A stretch of DNA of 64,000 nt from a virus (IMGVR_UViG_3300045988_173642:35986-99985), one strand, 5' to 3'. Positions 45,720-54,033 are shown, counted from the first letter of the stretch. Notes: a model not told the origin generated them from the sequence alone. Numbers and translations are program-made.

Positions 45720-45885
45720 AAGCCACGATGGACAAGGGCGGGCAACGAAAGGGCGGCCTCTACTCAGCCAAGCAGGGCGGCCAACATGAAGCCAGGACGG
45801 GCAACGACGGGCAACGGACGGCAGCCCCCCATGTAGCCAAGGGCGGCAACATGAAGCCAGGGCGGGCAACATAGCCGGCACCCCA
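45720..45885. repeat. GC-rich degenerate direct-repeat array
   Basis: AGGGCGG(C)CAACATGAAGCCAGG occurs twice (45773, 45839) and (A/G)CGGGCAAC five times. The region is open in several frames on both strands, which suggests it is non-coding. Confidence 0.65.
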
Positions 45886-45942
45886 AAAAAATATAACGCC
45901 GTTTGCGCCGTGTGCGTTCCTGATCTGGAACACGCACGGCGC
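45885..45942 (-). terminator. long hairpin plus T-run after 45964..46320
   Basis: A 16-bp stem with one mismatch, gcgccgtgtgcgttcc-tgatct-ggaacacgcacggcgc (45905-45942). On the minus strand it is followed by a T7 run 13 nt downstream. Confidence 0.55.
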
Positions 45943-45963
45943 GACGTTTGCGAAACAAAACAC

Positions 45964-46320
45964 TCAAAACATATTATAAAGATTATTAAACATTTGGTAT
46001 TTTTGGTCTTTATTCAGGTAGGCCAAAAATTCAGCTGAGCGTTTCTTGGTTATTATCTTATAACCGTTTAGGCGCTTAAACGCTTCACGCGCCAAGGCTT
46101 TGTCCCGGTCGACGGCCTCCATAATAACCATACGGATGGCCGTGCGATATTCGTAACTTTCCCAAGTTCGGTCGTAATAACGCAATCTTATCCGCCCTAT
46201 TTGGTTTGTTCCCTGATAGAGGGTAACTTCATGCCCCCAACTGTTACGGGTTTTCCACGTTGAGCAAAAAAGGGTGAAATTGTTTCCATTTATTATTTTT
46301 TCGTATATCATAGTTTTCAT
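45964..46320 (-). CDS. hypothetical protein
   Basis: 118-aa ORF. Confidence 0.6.
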   Translation of the reverse strand: MKTMIYEKIINGNNFTLFCSTWKTRNSWGHEVTLYQGTNQIGRIRLRYYDRTWESYEYRTAIRMVIMEAVDRDKALAREAFKRLNGYKIITKKRSAEFLAYLNKDQKYQMFNNLYNMF

Positions 46321-46347
46321 TTTTAACGGCCTGAAGGCCTTATTTTT

Positions 46348-46581
46348 TTAAAATTGAATACAAAGCAGGAGTGCCACAACGGCCAAAATGCAGTTATACA
46401 CGACGAGTTTTGCCCCGGTTAGCCGCAACGGGTCACCGTCGCCAGCAAAAAAATCGTGTTCGGCCTTCAGCCAACGGCGGAGAGATGCAGCGCAACGGCG
46501 AAGGGCGCCGGCACGGATAACGCGTGCAGCTGGAGCGGCGGCGCGTGGTGTGGTGTAAATGGTAGTTGTTTCCATAATCAT
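46348..46581 (-). CDS. hypothetical small membrane protein
   Basis: 77 aa with a C-terminal hydrophobic helix, LVVYNCILAVVALLLCIQF. Confidence 0.5.
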   Translation of the reverse strand: MIMETTTIYTTPRAAAPAARVIRAGALRRCAASLRRWLKAEHDFFAGDGDPLRLTGAKLVVYNCILAVVALLLCIQF

Positions 46582-46599
46582 TTATTTTTTTCGTTAGTG

Positions 46600-46649
46600 T
46601 AGCCGCCGGGGGACTTGAACCCCCGGCGAGGCCTGGAACCTCCGCGGCT
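46600..46649 (-). ncRNA. 50-nt D-armless tRNA-like mini-cloverleaf (element D)
   Basis: On the minus strand: acceptor AGCCGC(g)/(g)GCGGCT (6 bp); arm GAGG-TTCCAGG-CCTC (7-nt loop, central CCA); linker GCC; T-arm GGGGG-TTCAAGT-CCCCC; discriminator A. Its first nucleotide is the last A of the TAA stop of 46649..47047. Confidence 0.4.
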
Positions 46650-47047
46650 TATTTGGCATGCTTACAGGCATTTTCGTAGTCTTCCAATAATTTCCACCGC
46701 TCATAAATGGGACCCCTAACGCCTCTATATTTCCCGGCGTTGGCCGACAAATAAGAGTTAACGGCGGTGAAGGCGTCGCGCCGTACGCGCCCCGTTAGTT
46801 CGACGTGTTCTCCGCAAGCACCGCCGCGCGGTGCGTTGTTGTAGCACTTGTGGGCCACGCCCGCAGCGGTTAAGACCTTGTGCACCTCGTGGGTCTCCAC
46901 ATGATAAGTCCTTTTGTCACTGTAGCCAGTTTGGGCCACGCCCTTAAGCAAAAGAGTTATTATATGGTTATATGTGCGCGTATTTTTGCGAAGGCCGAAG
47001 GGGCGAGGGTCGCGAACCACCTGTAATAATATGGAAAACTGTTTCAT
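46649..47047 (-). CDS. hypothetical protein
   Basis: 132-aa ORF. Confidence 0.6.
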   Translation of the reverse strand: MKQFSILLQVVRDPRPFGLRKNTRTYNHIITLLLKGVAQTGYSDKRTYHVETHEVHKVLTAAGVAHKCYNNAPRGGACGEHVELTGRVRRDAFTAVNSYLSANAGKYRGVRGPIYERWKLLEDYENACKHAK

Positions 47048-47049
47048 GG

Positions 47050-47403
47050 TTATATCTTATATCTAATTTCTTTGCAATTCTGTAAATCAAAAATAGCAAT
47101 TTGCGCGTTACTCTTTCCAAGCTCCAGCGCGTCCGCCAAGGCATACGCAATGATCACTGCGTCGTAGTAATAGAGGCCGTTTTCTTCATTATACCACCCG
47201 CCAAAGGCGTTCACCTCATGGTGAGTCTTCGCGTATTCAATTACGCGGGCAAGACCCTCAGGGCCGAAACTGTTTTGAGTGGCGGCAACGGCAACGGCGT
47301 AGCCCTTTTGGATTGGTTGCAAGGTGGTGGCGTCGACGGTGTAACCATGTTTGTTGTTGGCGGCTATTAATGATAAGGCCGCAAAAATAGTGTTAGTGTT
47401 CAT
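47050..47403 (-). CDS. hypothetical protein
   Basis: 117-aa ORF, 2 nt from the next gene. Confidence 0.6.
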   Translation of the reverse strand: MNTNTIFAALSLIAANNKHGYTVDATTLQPIQKGYAVAVAATQNSFGPEGLARVIEYAKTHHEVNAFGGWYNEENGLYYYDAVIIAYALADALELGKSNAQIAIFDLQNCKEIRYKI

Positions 47404-47689
47404 TTCTTTTTTGTTTTGTGCCGGGTTCCGGCGGTGATTATATAGCGATCTTCACGTCGTTTAACAGGTTTATATTGGACATTGTCAAGCAACGCCAAAA
47501 ACGATCTTTGGTAAATTATAATATATCCGTAATGAATGGCATACATTCGTTTTTTCGCGATTGATAGAATCAATCATAATATGCAGAAAACATTGTTCAT
47601 CTTCTGACAGTTTGAAGGCGTTTACAATAGATCCCATTTCTTTAACTGTGATTATTTTTTTTCATAATCTTATTTTTTGTTTACGAGTG

Positions 47690-47697
47690 CAAAGTTA
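47690..47697 (-). promoter_or_regulatory. Bacteroidota promoter (-7 TAACTTTG on the minus strand; -33 at 47718-47721)
   Basis: Plus strand caaagtta with a 20-nt spacer to CAAA. It lies at the head of the minus-strand small-gene operon; a 50-codon ORF (47485-47637) follows it. Confidence 0.55.
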
Positions 47698-48138
47698 CAA
47701 ATATGATAACGCATAAGCAAACAAAAAAGATATTATTTTCACCTTCCACCCATTATTTAACATCACAAAACATCTAAATAGTAAAAGTGGAAGGCGTACA
47801 TGTCAAAAAGCAATGGCAAAGCGTCTTATATATATAGGAGTGCAGCGGGGCGGGTGCCGCGCTCAAGTTGGCCGCCGCCATTGTCGTTTGCCCGCGACGC
47901 TGCCACGCGTCGGCATATTCGGGCGGCATCCTCAAGGCGGGGGCAGGCTGTGGAACTCAGTGCGGCGTGGGCTCTCGCTTGAAAACCAACCTTTTAAGGC
48001 AAAAAGCAAACTTGCGATTTCTTTGTATTTCAATTATTTATGTGTCCCTATTGGGAGCAGCCGTTTTTCAAGCTAAATAACGCCACGGGGAAATTTAGAG
48101 GATAAATCGCAAGAGGAACGGGGAAAAAGAATAATATA

Positions 48139-48169
48139 GCTATATATTAAACATAGTTTAATATATAGC
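48139..48169. promoter_or_regulatory. perfect 14-bp palindrome GCTATATATTAAAC-ata-GTTTAATATATAGC, candidate operator
   Basis: About 105 nt upstream of the promoter of the XRE-type gene at 48311. Confidence 0.55.
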
Positions 48170-48274
48170 ATGAGGATAGACAAAACGGGCAGTGGAAAGA
48201 AGCCTTTTTCAATGTAAAAACAAACAGAAATGCAAAATAGCGCCAATAAATTTGCGTAACACAAACAAAAATGC

Positions 48275-48282
48275 TATCTTTG
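48275..48282 (+). promoter_or_regulatory. Bacteroidota promoter (-7 TATCTTTG; -33 TTTG at 48251-48254)
   Basis: 20-nt spacer; 28 nt upstream of the ATG at 48311. Confidence 0.65.
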
Positions 48283-48310
48283 CACTATCAAACTATATAA
48301 CAATGGAATC

Positions 48311-48724
48311 ATGGAAACAAAGAACGAACCAAAATCAAAAGTGAATCTCCGCAAACTCATGAAAAAGTTGGGCATGAGAACAAGACAATTTGCAAAAGCA
48401 ACTCATCTCTACGACGCGACTTTGGCGCGTTATCTTCGCACGGACTCCATCACTGCAAATCAAATCTACAAAATTGCGATGGCGCTCGATATTGACCCGC
48501 GCGATATGTTCTTTCCAACGGACGAAAAGGAGGACGAAAATTTGCTCTTCACGGACGACGAAGAGGAGCAGGAGGAGATGAAGGAAGAAGTTTCGGAAGA
48601 AGTGGTAGAAGAAGTGGCGGAAAAAGATAAGCAAGACGCTGCACCTGCACAACTGCAAACAACGGCCTTCTGCCCACACTGTGGCGCAAAGGTGCGCGTG
48701 GGCGTGGTGCTCATGCAGGAATGA
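48311..48724 (+). CDS. XRE-type HTH regulator with an acidic linker and a C-terminal zinc-ribbon-like motif
   Basis: LRKLMKKLGMRTRQFAKATHLYDATLARYLRTDSITANQIYKIAMALDIDPRDMFF forms the HTH. It is followed by an EEEQEEMKEEVSEEVVEEV linker and FCPHCGAKV. Confidence 0.7.
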   Translation: METKNEPKSKVNLRKLMKKLGMRTRQFAKATHLYDATLARYLRTDSITANQIYKIAMALDIDPRDMFFPTDEKEDENLLFTDDEEEQEEMKEEVSEEVVEEVAEKDKQDAAPAQLQTTAFCPHCGAKVRVGVVLMQE

Positions 48725-48752
48725 GCGCACGCTAAGTAATGGTAAAAGAAAA

Positions 48753-48815
48753 CTGCGGCATGCAGCCTGCCAACCGTTCCGAAGAACGGCGGACAGGTGC
48801 ATGCCGCAGTTTTTT
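48753..48815. terminator. long bidirectional terminator hairpin
   Basis: ctgcggcatgca...(inner ccgttc-cgaa-gaacgg)...tgcatgccgcag, flanked by aaaa on the left and tttttt on the right, between convergent genes. Confidence 0.75.
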
Positions 48816-48844
48816 GTTGGTTGAAGGGGAATAGCCCGTGGCAA

Positions 48845-49285
48845 CTATCCGTCGATGTCGCCTCCAGCATCGCCGCCTGGCTTTCCGCTTGGCGGGCTGC
48901 CACCAGAGACAACGCCTCCCGTGAGTTCGTTGCCGTGGAGCATGATTTTCATGTCGTCGGTCACGAGGGAGCGCAAGAAGGAATACGGATTGCCAATCTT
49001 GTGCTGCGCCTTAAACGCTTTCATAACGGCGAGGTAAGCCTCGGTGCCCGCTGTGTTGGAAGCCGAAGGGCGGTTCTGTCTCCACCAAGAAGCCGCGAAT
49101 TTCGCCTTTTTGGCGAAGTCGGCTTTTGTGGCCTGTTGTTTCTCACTGTTCGGCTGAACGCATCCATGATAGCCAGCAGAATACATCTTGCCCGTTTGCT
49201 TGTTTACTGCAAGATAGGTGGTGTCTTTCTTGCATAACTTACCACTGATAGAAGTAATCAAATGGTTCGTCACAATAATAGCCAT
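48845..49285 (-). CDS. hypothetical protein
   Basis: 146-aa ORF with a Gly/Pro-rich C-terminus (GGSPPSGKPGGDAGGDIDG). Confidence 0.6.
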   Translation of the reverse strand: MAIIVTNHLITSISGKLCKKDTTYLAVNKQTGKMYSAGYHGCVQPNSEKQQATKADFAKKAKFAASWWRQNRPSASNTAGTEAYLAVMKAFKAQHKIGNPYSFLRSLVTDDMKIMLHGNELTGGVVSGGSPPSGKPGGDAGGDIDG

Positions 49286-49344
49286 AATGCAAAAATTTTA
49301 AGGTTAAACATGGCCCGAAATGGGCGTTGGTTGAAAAGAGAGCA

Positions 49345-49388
49345 AGTCCTACGAGAGTCCTATGAAAGTCCTACGAAAGTGCTCTGAT
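49345..49388. repeat. 3.5 tandem copies of the 11-bp unit AGTCCTAYGAR
   Basis: agtcctacgag agtcctatgaa agtcctacgaa agtgctctgat, 60-100 nt upstream of the ATG at 49285. Confidence 0.85.
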
Positions 49389-49439
49389 TGTAAAGGTACA
49401 AAAGGGCGAGAGAATACACCGGACATAGAGGCGCTGAAG

Positions 49440-49570
49440 ATGGGCACGAAGGGCGTTTTTCTGATGATTCGTTTGATTATTTAATGATTTGTTTGTTTGT
49501 TGATTTATTCAAACGAATCAACAAACGAACAAACGTTTGTTTGAACAAATGAACGAAATAACAAGAGACT
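49440..49570. repeat. AT-rich island of CAAACGAA / TGTTTG words (third copy of this island type)
   Basis: gattcgtttgatt, gatttgtttgtttgttgattt, caaacgaatcaacaaacgaacaaacgtttgtttgaacaaatgaacgaaataac. Confidence 0.6.
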
Positions 49571-49610
49571 AAAACGGAGGGATTTGTTTGGTCGTCCCGT
49601 CTGTTTTCGC

Positions 49611-49747
49611 TAACTTTGCTCGTAATTAAATAATGTTAGTGTCTGCCCGTGGCTCGTGAGAGTAGCAGGCAGTGTTTCAAATCATTTATTATTTTTTTGT
49701 TTACAATTTTAGGCCGCTCGTCTGTGAAGATAGGCGGCCTTGTTTTT
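49611..49747 (+). ncRNA. candidate small non-coding unit U1 (promoter to terminator, about 120 nt)
   Basis: -7 TAACTTTG at 49611-49618 with a -33 TTTG at 49587-49590. Internal ctgcc-cgtgg-CTC-GTGA-GAG-tagc-aggcag hairpin. Terminator aggccgc..tct-GTGA-aga..gcggcct followed by tgttttt. No ORF longer than 8 codons. Confidence 0.45.
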
Positions 49748-49811
49748 GCAGGAAAATAAGAGATAGACCAAGATTTTTTCAAAAAGGCTTGGATAAACCA
49801 ATGATAAGTTA

Positions 49812-49966
49812 TACTTTTGCAGTGGTAAATTTTGAATATCGTAGTAAATTTCAAACAATTCTTCCCAATTGTCCGTGGTTCGTGAGAATAGCGTACACAC
49901 AAGACTCTAATAAGAAAATTCCGTTAGTAGCCCTTCGTCTGAGCGCAGATGGAGGGCTGCTTTTTT
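49812..49966 (+). ncRNA. candidate small non-coding unit U2 (about 140 nt)
   Basis: -7 TACTTTTG at 49812-49819. Internal tccgtgg-TTC-GTGA-GAA-tagc, homologous to U1. Terminator agcccttcgtct-gagcgc-agatggagggct followed by tttttt. Confidence 0.4.
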
Positions 49967-50026
49967 GTTAATGGTCTGTCAAATATTAAAAATGATATTG
50001 GCCTTTGACTATCCACTAATTTGGCG

Positions 50027-50188
50027 TATCTTTGCAAGTGAAATAGTCAAGATTACATTTTACCGCTGCCAGCGGTCTGCGAAGATAGCTGGCGGGCTTT
50101 TAGGCAAAAATGCTGTAAGAACTAAGAACATAATTGTGTCTATGTAAAGAAGCCGCTCATCTGTGAAGATGGGCGGCTTCTATTTTTA
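50027..50188 (+). ncRNA. candidate small non-coding unit U3 (about 150 nt)
   Basis: -7 TATCTTTG at 50027-50034 with a -33 TTTG at 50004-50007. Internal gccagc..tct-GCGA-aga..gctggc hairpin. Terminator gaagccgc..tct-GTGA-aga..gcggcttc followed by tattttta. It converges on the 3' end of the fibre gene. Confidence 0.45.
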
Positions 50189-50209
50189 TGCCTGATGGCA
50201 GGGGGAGCG

Positions 50210-53200
50210 TTAGATTTGCAATTGGAAATCGTAAGAGGCTCCATCGTCTTTCTGCTTCCACGTGAGTTTTCCAGTCTTGTCTTGTCGGCCAGAGGTGAAG
50301 TGATAGAGGCGTTCAAAATAGGCGACATAGTCGGGCGTTGTGCCCATGTCTGGCGTGATGATGGTGGTGTCAGTGGGGTGTACCCCATTGTTGACGGCTG
50401 CATACCATCCGTCTGGAATCAATTCGCCCGTCGGCAAGTCTTGCGCCAGTTGGGCGTTTTGGTAATAAAGACCAAGCTGCTCAGGCGGCGTGTTGGAACT
50501 CGTGCCGCCATACCAATAGACCACGGCGGTGTCGGTCTTCGTCTGTTTTGGGAAAAACTGATAATAGGGTAGGGCATCTGGGTTGCCAATGTAAGCCACG
50601 GCCAACCAAACGTCATAGGCATTGTTGACGCTGATGATTTTCAAGCGCGAGATGGGAAAATAGGCCGCAGTGGTGGTGATTTTGTCAAGGCCGTTGGGGC
50701 CGAGATTATACATCTTCTGTCCGTCTTTACTGTAGAACTCCAAGATAGCACAACCGTCGGCATCTACGCCCACTTTGATATTTGGGAAAGCCAACGAGCC
50801 AAACATCTCTACCACGCCATCATGCACCTCTACGTGGCTGTCGTTGCCGTCAATGCGCATATTGCCGTTGATGACGCTGAATTTATTGCCCGACCAGATG
50901 TCGCCCTGGCGATTGACGCGCATAACGGCATCGGCAGGTGTTGCCCCACCAAACCAAAGCGGATATTCCATGTCTGTGCCGCCGCCAAAAGCACCGTAGG
51001 GCGTGCCGTTTTCGTCAGTGATCTGAATTTGACTGACCTGCAAGAATTGGATAAAGGCCGTCATGATGTCGGCGAAGGAGGTGCGCAGGGGGCGCAGGTC
51101 ATTGATAGGTTCCCAGAAGTCGTTGCCCGTTCCAAAAGGTTTATTCGCTGACTCAGACAGGATGCCATTGTGCGAAGGGCGGGCGAGATACCATTTCGGC
51201 GTGCCGCTCTTGAGGTCAGTCACACTGACTTCGTCGAGATAGCGGTTGCCGTCGGGGGCCGTGGTGTCGCCACTATCGTTGCGATAGAGCACGCCCGCTT
51301 CCCATTCTCCGCGACGCACTGTCACGCCAGTATATCCGCGTGGGCCTGGGGCACCAGGGGCGCCAGTGTCGCCCTTCGCGCCGTTTTGCCCGTCTTCGCC
51401 TTCGCGGTTTTGCGCGATGGTGGCGGTGGCGGTGGCGGTGCCGTAGTCCGTGACAAGCGTGAAGGTCATGAAAGCATCCTCAGGCGTTGCGCCGTCCACT
51501 TCCACGCCCACGAAGCCTTTCAGCGTGACGTGGTAGGTCAGGCTCTTACCATCGGCGGCAACAACGGCCGTGTACGTCAGTTCAACAGGCGTGGTGGCGT
51601 CGCCCGTTCCATAAGTGGCCTTTCCGCTACGCACATCGAGCGGCTGCGTGCCGGAAAACACTTGTGCCGTGATGTCGAAAGAGATGTCATCGGGGGCGGC
51701 CGTATCGTACCAGTCCGAGATGGCCACACTGATGATGTTCTTATTCAGCACAACGGTCAAGGCCGTGGGGTCGGCAGCATGGAAGGCCACGTTGCTCACG
51801 CCATAGGTACCATCGGAATAAGTGTAGAGCCATTGTTGCCACACCACGCGATTGGAAGGCGAAGGCGTCAGCGGTTCTGTCTGCCATTCGCCTTTGACGT
51901 AGGAGAGGTGGTCTTCAGCAACGCGGATGCCGTCGGGCAGGATTTCCACGGCAGGTGTGGAGAGGAAATAGAGCTGCTGCGTCACGATGGAGGGAACGCG
52001 GTCGAACTGGTCGACCATGCCCCACATATAGATGTTGCCCGTGGCTATACCTTCGCCCTCCAGTTCTTTGAGCGCTTCGACAAACTCCTTCTTCTCTTTG
52101 TCCCAAACACGCTGCAACATTGTGAAGCCGTTGAGCCAGCCGATGATGAGCTGCATGTTGTCTTGCGTGTACGTCCAATTGGTCATGCCGGCCAAGTGCA
52201 GCTGATAAGTCGTCGTGGTCAAGCAAGAGCGTTGGCGCGTGCTGTCGGTCTCATTGGCATAGCAGGCAAAGTGCATCGCTGGCTGCGGATGTGATTCATC
52301 CGTCCATCGGTTGCGGTCTTCCGCAGGGAGGTCGGCACAGGTGGCGGCACGCAGTTCATAGCGGAAGAACTGGTTGAGGGCTGGCGTGCCATCCGCTGCC
52401 GTCTGCTCCTTAATTGGGGCAGGCAACGTGGCTGGCGTATAAATTTCTTTTACGCGAAAATAGATGGTCGTGAAGCCTGCGAAATGGAAGTTGCCATCGT
52501 GAGGGTCAGAGGTGGAGAGGTCGTTGCGGCGGTTGGTGAAATGAAACACACCCTGGCATTTGTCGTTGACGGCCACGGCACCCACTTCCCCCGTTTCCAA
52601 TTTCAATTGCACCACGCCTTCGAGCGAAGTAAATCCGAGCGCGGAGAGCGCTTCATCGGCACCCGTCCACACCTGCTGGATGATACCGCCGCCCTGCGTC
52701 TGCCATTTATTCCCAACTGTGATGGTCGTGCGGTTGAAACGCAGTTCGGGCACCTCCAGGAATGACCTTGCAACGATGCCTTCAAATTCAGCATTGCCGT
52801 AGAAGTCGACCTTCGCGCCTTCAACGCCTTTGTTGAACGTACCGACCGTCAAATCGCCATGCAACGTTGTCGGTCGTCGTTTCTCTGGCGTTCCAACCGT
52901 CAGAGCGCCCTCCACGAGTGCATCCCCGTGGATGACCGTGTTGCCGAAGATGTCGGCCGCGCCGTTGACCTTCAGGTCGTGCATGGCGAGGTTGAAGGGC
53001 GTTTCGTCGTCGTGGCGCTTCGAGAGCGCATTGTCGTCCATGAGCTTCGGCGTGACGATTTTCGTGGCATCGTCTAAGGGGGTGTCGGCATCCCCGATGC
53101 CCGTTATCTCGCCCTGCTGTCCTTCAAACGTGATGCGGCCGCCGGAAACAATCTTCAGCGTGCTAACGAAGAGGTCGCGGAACACCGTGCCTGCCTTCAT

Positions 53201-53737
53201 CGTGAGGTCTTTGAGGAACGTCAAAGTTTGGTCGAAAACATCATAGCGATACCAGTCTGTTTCTGCTGGCCCCGCGTTGATGGCTTCATCCGAAGAAAGG
53301 TAGCCCGACACGATGCGCTGCCGCCAGACGCGCTTCTCTGTGCCGTTTTCGCCAGAGGAGGAGAGAATGCCTTGCAGGAAGATATAGTAATACTCCTCTG
53401 AGCCTATTTGCTGCTCTTCGGCGTTCCGTCCGTAGATGTCAATTTCCTCAGAGGGGAACACGATGTTAGCAGCGTTGCCAACGGATTCTGTGCGCGGAAT
53501 GGCGGCATAGACATATTTTTCTGTGTGTGTGTTGAACACTGTCGGAGAGGCTTGCAGTCGCCAGCGGCGGTAATTATGCCCGGCATCATAGTCGATGATG
53601 CCTTTGACGTACACAAGAATTTGCGCATTACCGACACACGAGGCCTGCACGTAGTCGGGCATGGCCAGGGCGTTGCGTTCGATGAAGAGCGCGTCGGGCG
53701 AAATCCAATAATCTGTGGTCGTTGCTTTCGTTGTCAT
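50210..53737 (-). CDS. tail fibre protein with a short collagen-like segment (1175 aa)
   Basis: Gly-X-Y run GEDGQNGAKGDTGAPGAPGPRGYTG (51326-51400) in a large beta-rich ORF in the fibre module. The upstream 99-aa ORF overlaps it by 4 nt. Confidence 0.6.
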   Translation of the reverse strand: MTTKATTTDYWISPDALFIERNALAMPDYVQASCVGNAQILVYVKGIIDYDAGHNYRRWRLQASPTVFNTHTEKYVYAAIPRTESVGNAANIVFPSEEIDIYGRNAEEQQIGSEEYYYIFLQGILSSSGENGTEKRVWRQRIVSGYLSSDEAINAGPAETDWYRYDVFDQTLTFLKDLTMKAGTVFRDLFVSTLKIVSGGRITFEGQQGEITGIGDADTPLDDATKIVTPKLMDDNALSKRHDDETPFNLAMHDLKVNGAADIFGNTVIHGDALVEGALTVGTPEKRRPTTLHGDLTVGTFNKGVEGAKVDFYGNAEFEGIVARSFLEVPELRFNRTTITVGNKWQTQGGGIIQQVWTGADEALSALGFTSLEGVVQLKLETGEVGAVAVNDKCQGVFHFTNRRNDLSTSDPHDGNFHFAGFTTIYFRVKEIYTPATLPAPIKEQTAADGTPALNQFFRYELRAATCADLPAEDRNRWTDESHPQPAMHFACYANETDSTRQRSCLTTTTYQLHLAGMTNWTYTQDNMQLIIGWLNGFTMLQRVWDKEKKEFVEALKELEGEGIATGNIYMWGMVDQFDRVPSIVTQQLYFLSTPAVEILPDGIRVAEDHLSYVKGEWQTEPLTPSPSNRVVWQQWLYTYSDGTYGVSNVAFHAADPTALTVVLNKNIISVAISDWYDTAAPDDISFDITAQVFSGTQPLDVRSGKATYGTGDATTPVELTYTAVVAADGKSLTYHVTLKGFVGVEVDGATPEDAFMTFTLVTDYGTATATATIAQNREGEDGQNGAKGDTGAPGAPGPRGYTGVTVRRGEWEAGVLYRNDSGDTTAPDGNRYLDEVSVTDLKSGTPKWYLARPSHNGILSESANKPFGTGNDFWEPINDLRPLRTSFADIMTAFIQFLQVSQIQITDENGTPYGAFGGGTDMEYPLWFGGATPADAVMRVNRQGDIWSGNKFSVINGNMRIDGNDSHVEVHDGVVEMFGSLAFPNIKVGVDADGCAILEFYSKDGQKMYNLGPNGLDKITTTAAYFPISRLKIISVNNAYDVWLAVAYIGNPDALPYYQFFPKQTKTDTAVVYWYGGTSSNTPPEQLGLYYQNAQLAQDLPTGELIPDGWYAAVNNGVHPTDTTIITPDMGTTPDYVAYFERLYHFTSGRQDKTGKLTWKQKDDGASYDFQLQI

Positions 53738-54033
53738 GAATGCTTGGAGATTTTAAGAATGAGACGCGAAAACGGCACCATCATGAGATAGGCCCAAGAA
53801 AGGCGGCTGGGATATTGAAGATCGGCATCCGCCGTGTGTGAGCGCAAGATGTGAAGGCGATAGAGCGCGTTGTGGGCCAGCCATTCCGCTTTCAGCGAGC
53901 GCAGACTGCGCTTCCAAACATTAGAATTAGGAAAGAGCGAGCGCACGTAACGCAATTTGTTGTCCATTTCCGCTTCGCTGTACTTATAGGATTGATGAAT
54001 GTGGAGATTGTTGTCAGTGATGGTGTAAATCAT
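53734..54033 (-). CDS. hypothetical protein
   Basis: 99-aa ORF, translationally coupled (ATGA) to the fibre gene. Confidence 0.55.
   Translation of the reverse strand: MIYTITDNNLHIHQSYKYSEAEMDNKLRYVRSLFPNSNVWKRSLRSLKAEWLAHNALYRLHILRSHTADADLQYPSRLSWAYLMMVPFSRLILKISKHS

Noticed and set aside
45596-45967. Five overlapping 66-92-aa ORFs on both strands
   Set aside because: They cover the GC-rich repeat array. The openness in many frames comes from the repeat composition, and no start context or motif is present.
38184-46649. Calling the four T-loop-containing elements canonical tRNA genes
   Set aside because: None has a D arm. For A-C no complementary 5' acceptor strand exists within 120 nt. 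The anticodon-arm geometry is non-canonical (4-bp stems, 8-9-nt loops), except partly in element D.
47800-48080. Three overlapping plus-strand ORFs (60-87 aa)
   Set aside because: Same situation: a GC-rich island open in three frames with Arg/Ala/Gly-rich translations. It is treated as non-coding.
49672-50147. ORFs 49672..49971 (99 aa) and 49965..50147 (60 aa)
   Set aside because: Each would have to read across a strong terminator hairpin, or start upstream of the promoter box of the unit it lies in. The second uses a TTG start inside a T-run.
51170-52294. 374-aa plus-strand ORF, with similar long plus-strand ORFs at 59801..60739, 61814..62602, 21403..22086 and 23536..24153
   Set aside because: All lie entirely antisense inside much longer minus-strand genes that have recognisable motifs. 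Their translations are low-complexity and Arg/Gly/His-rich, typical of shadow ORFs.
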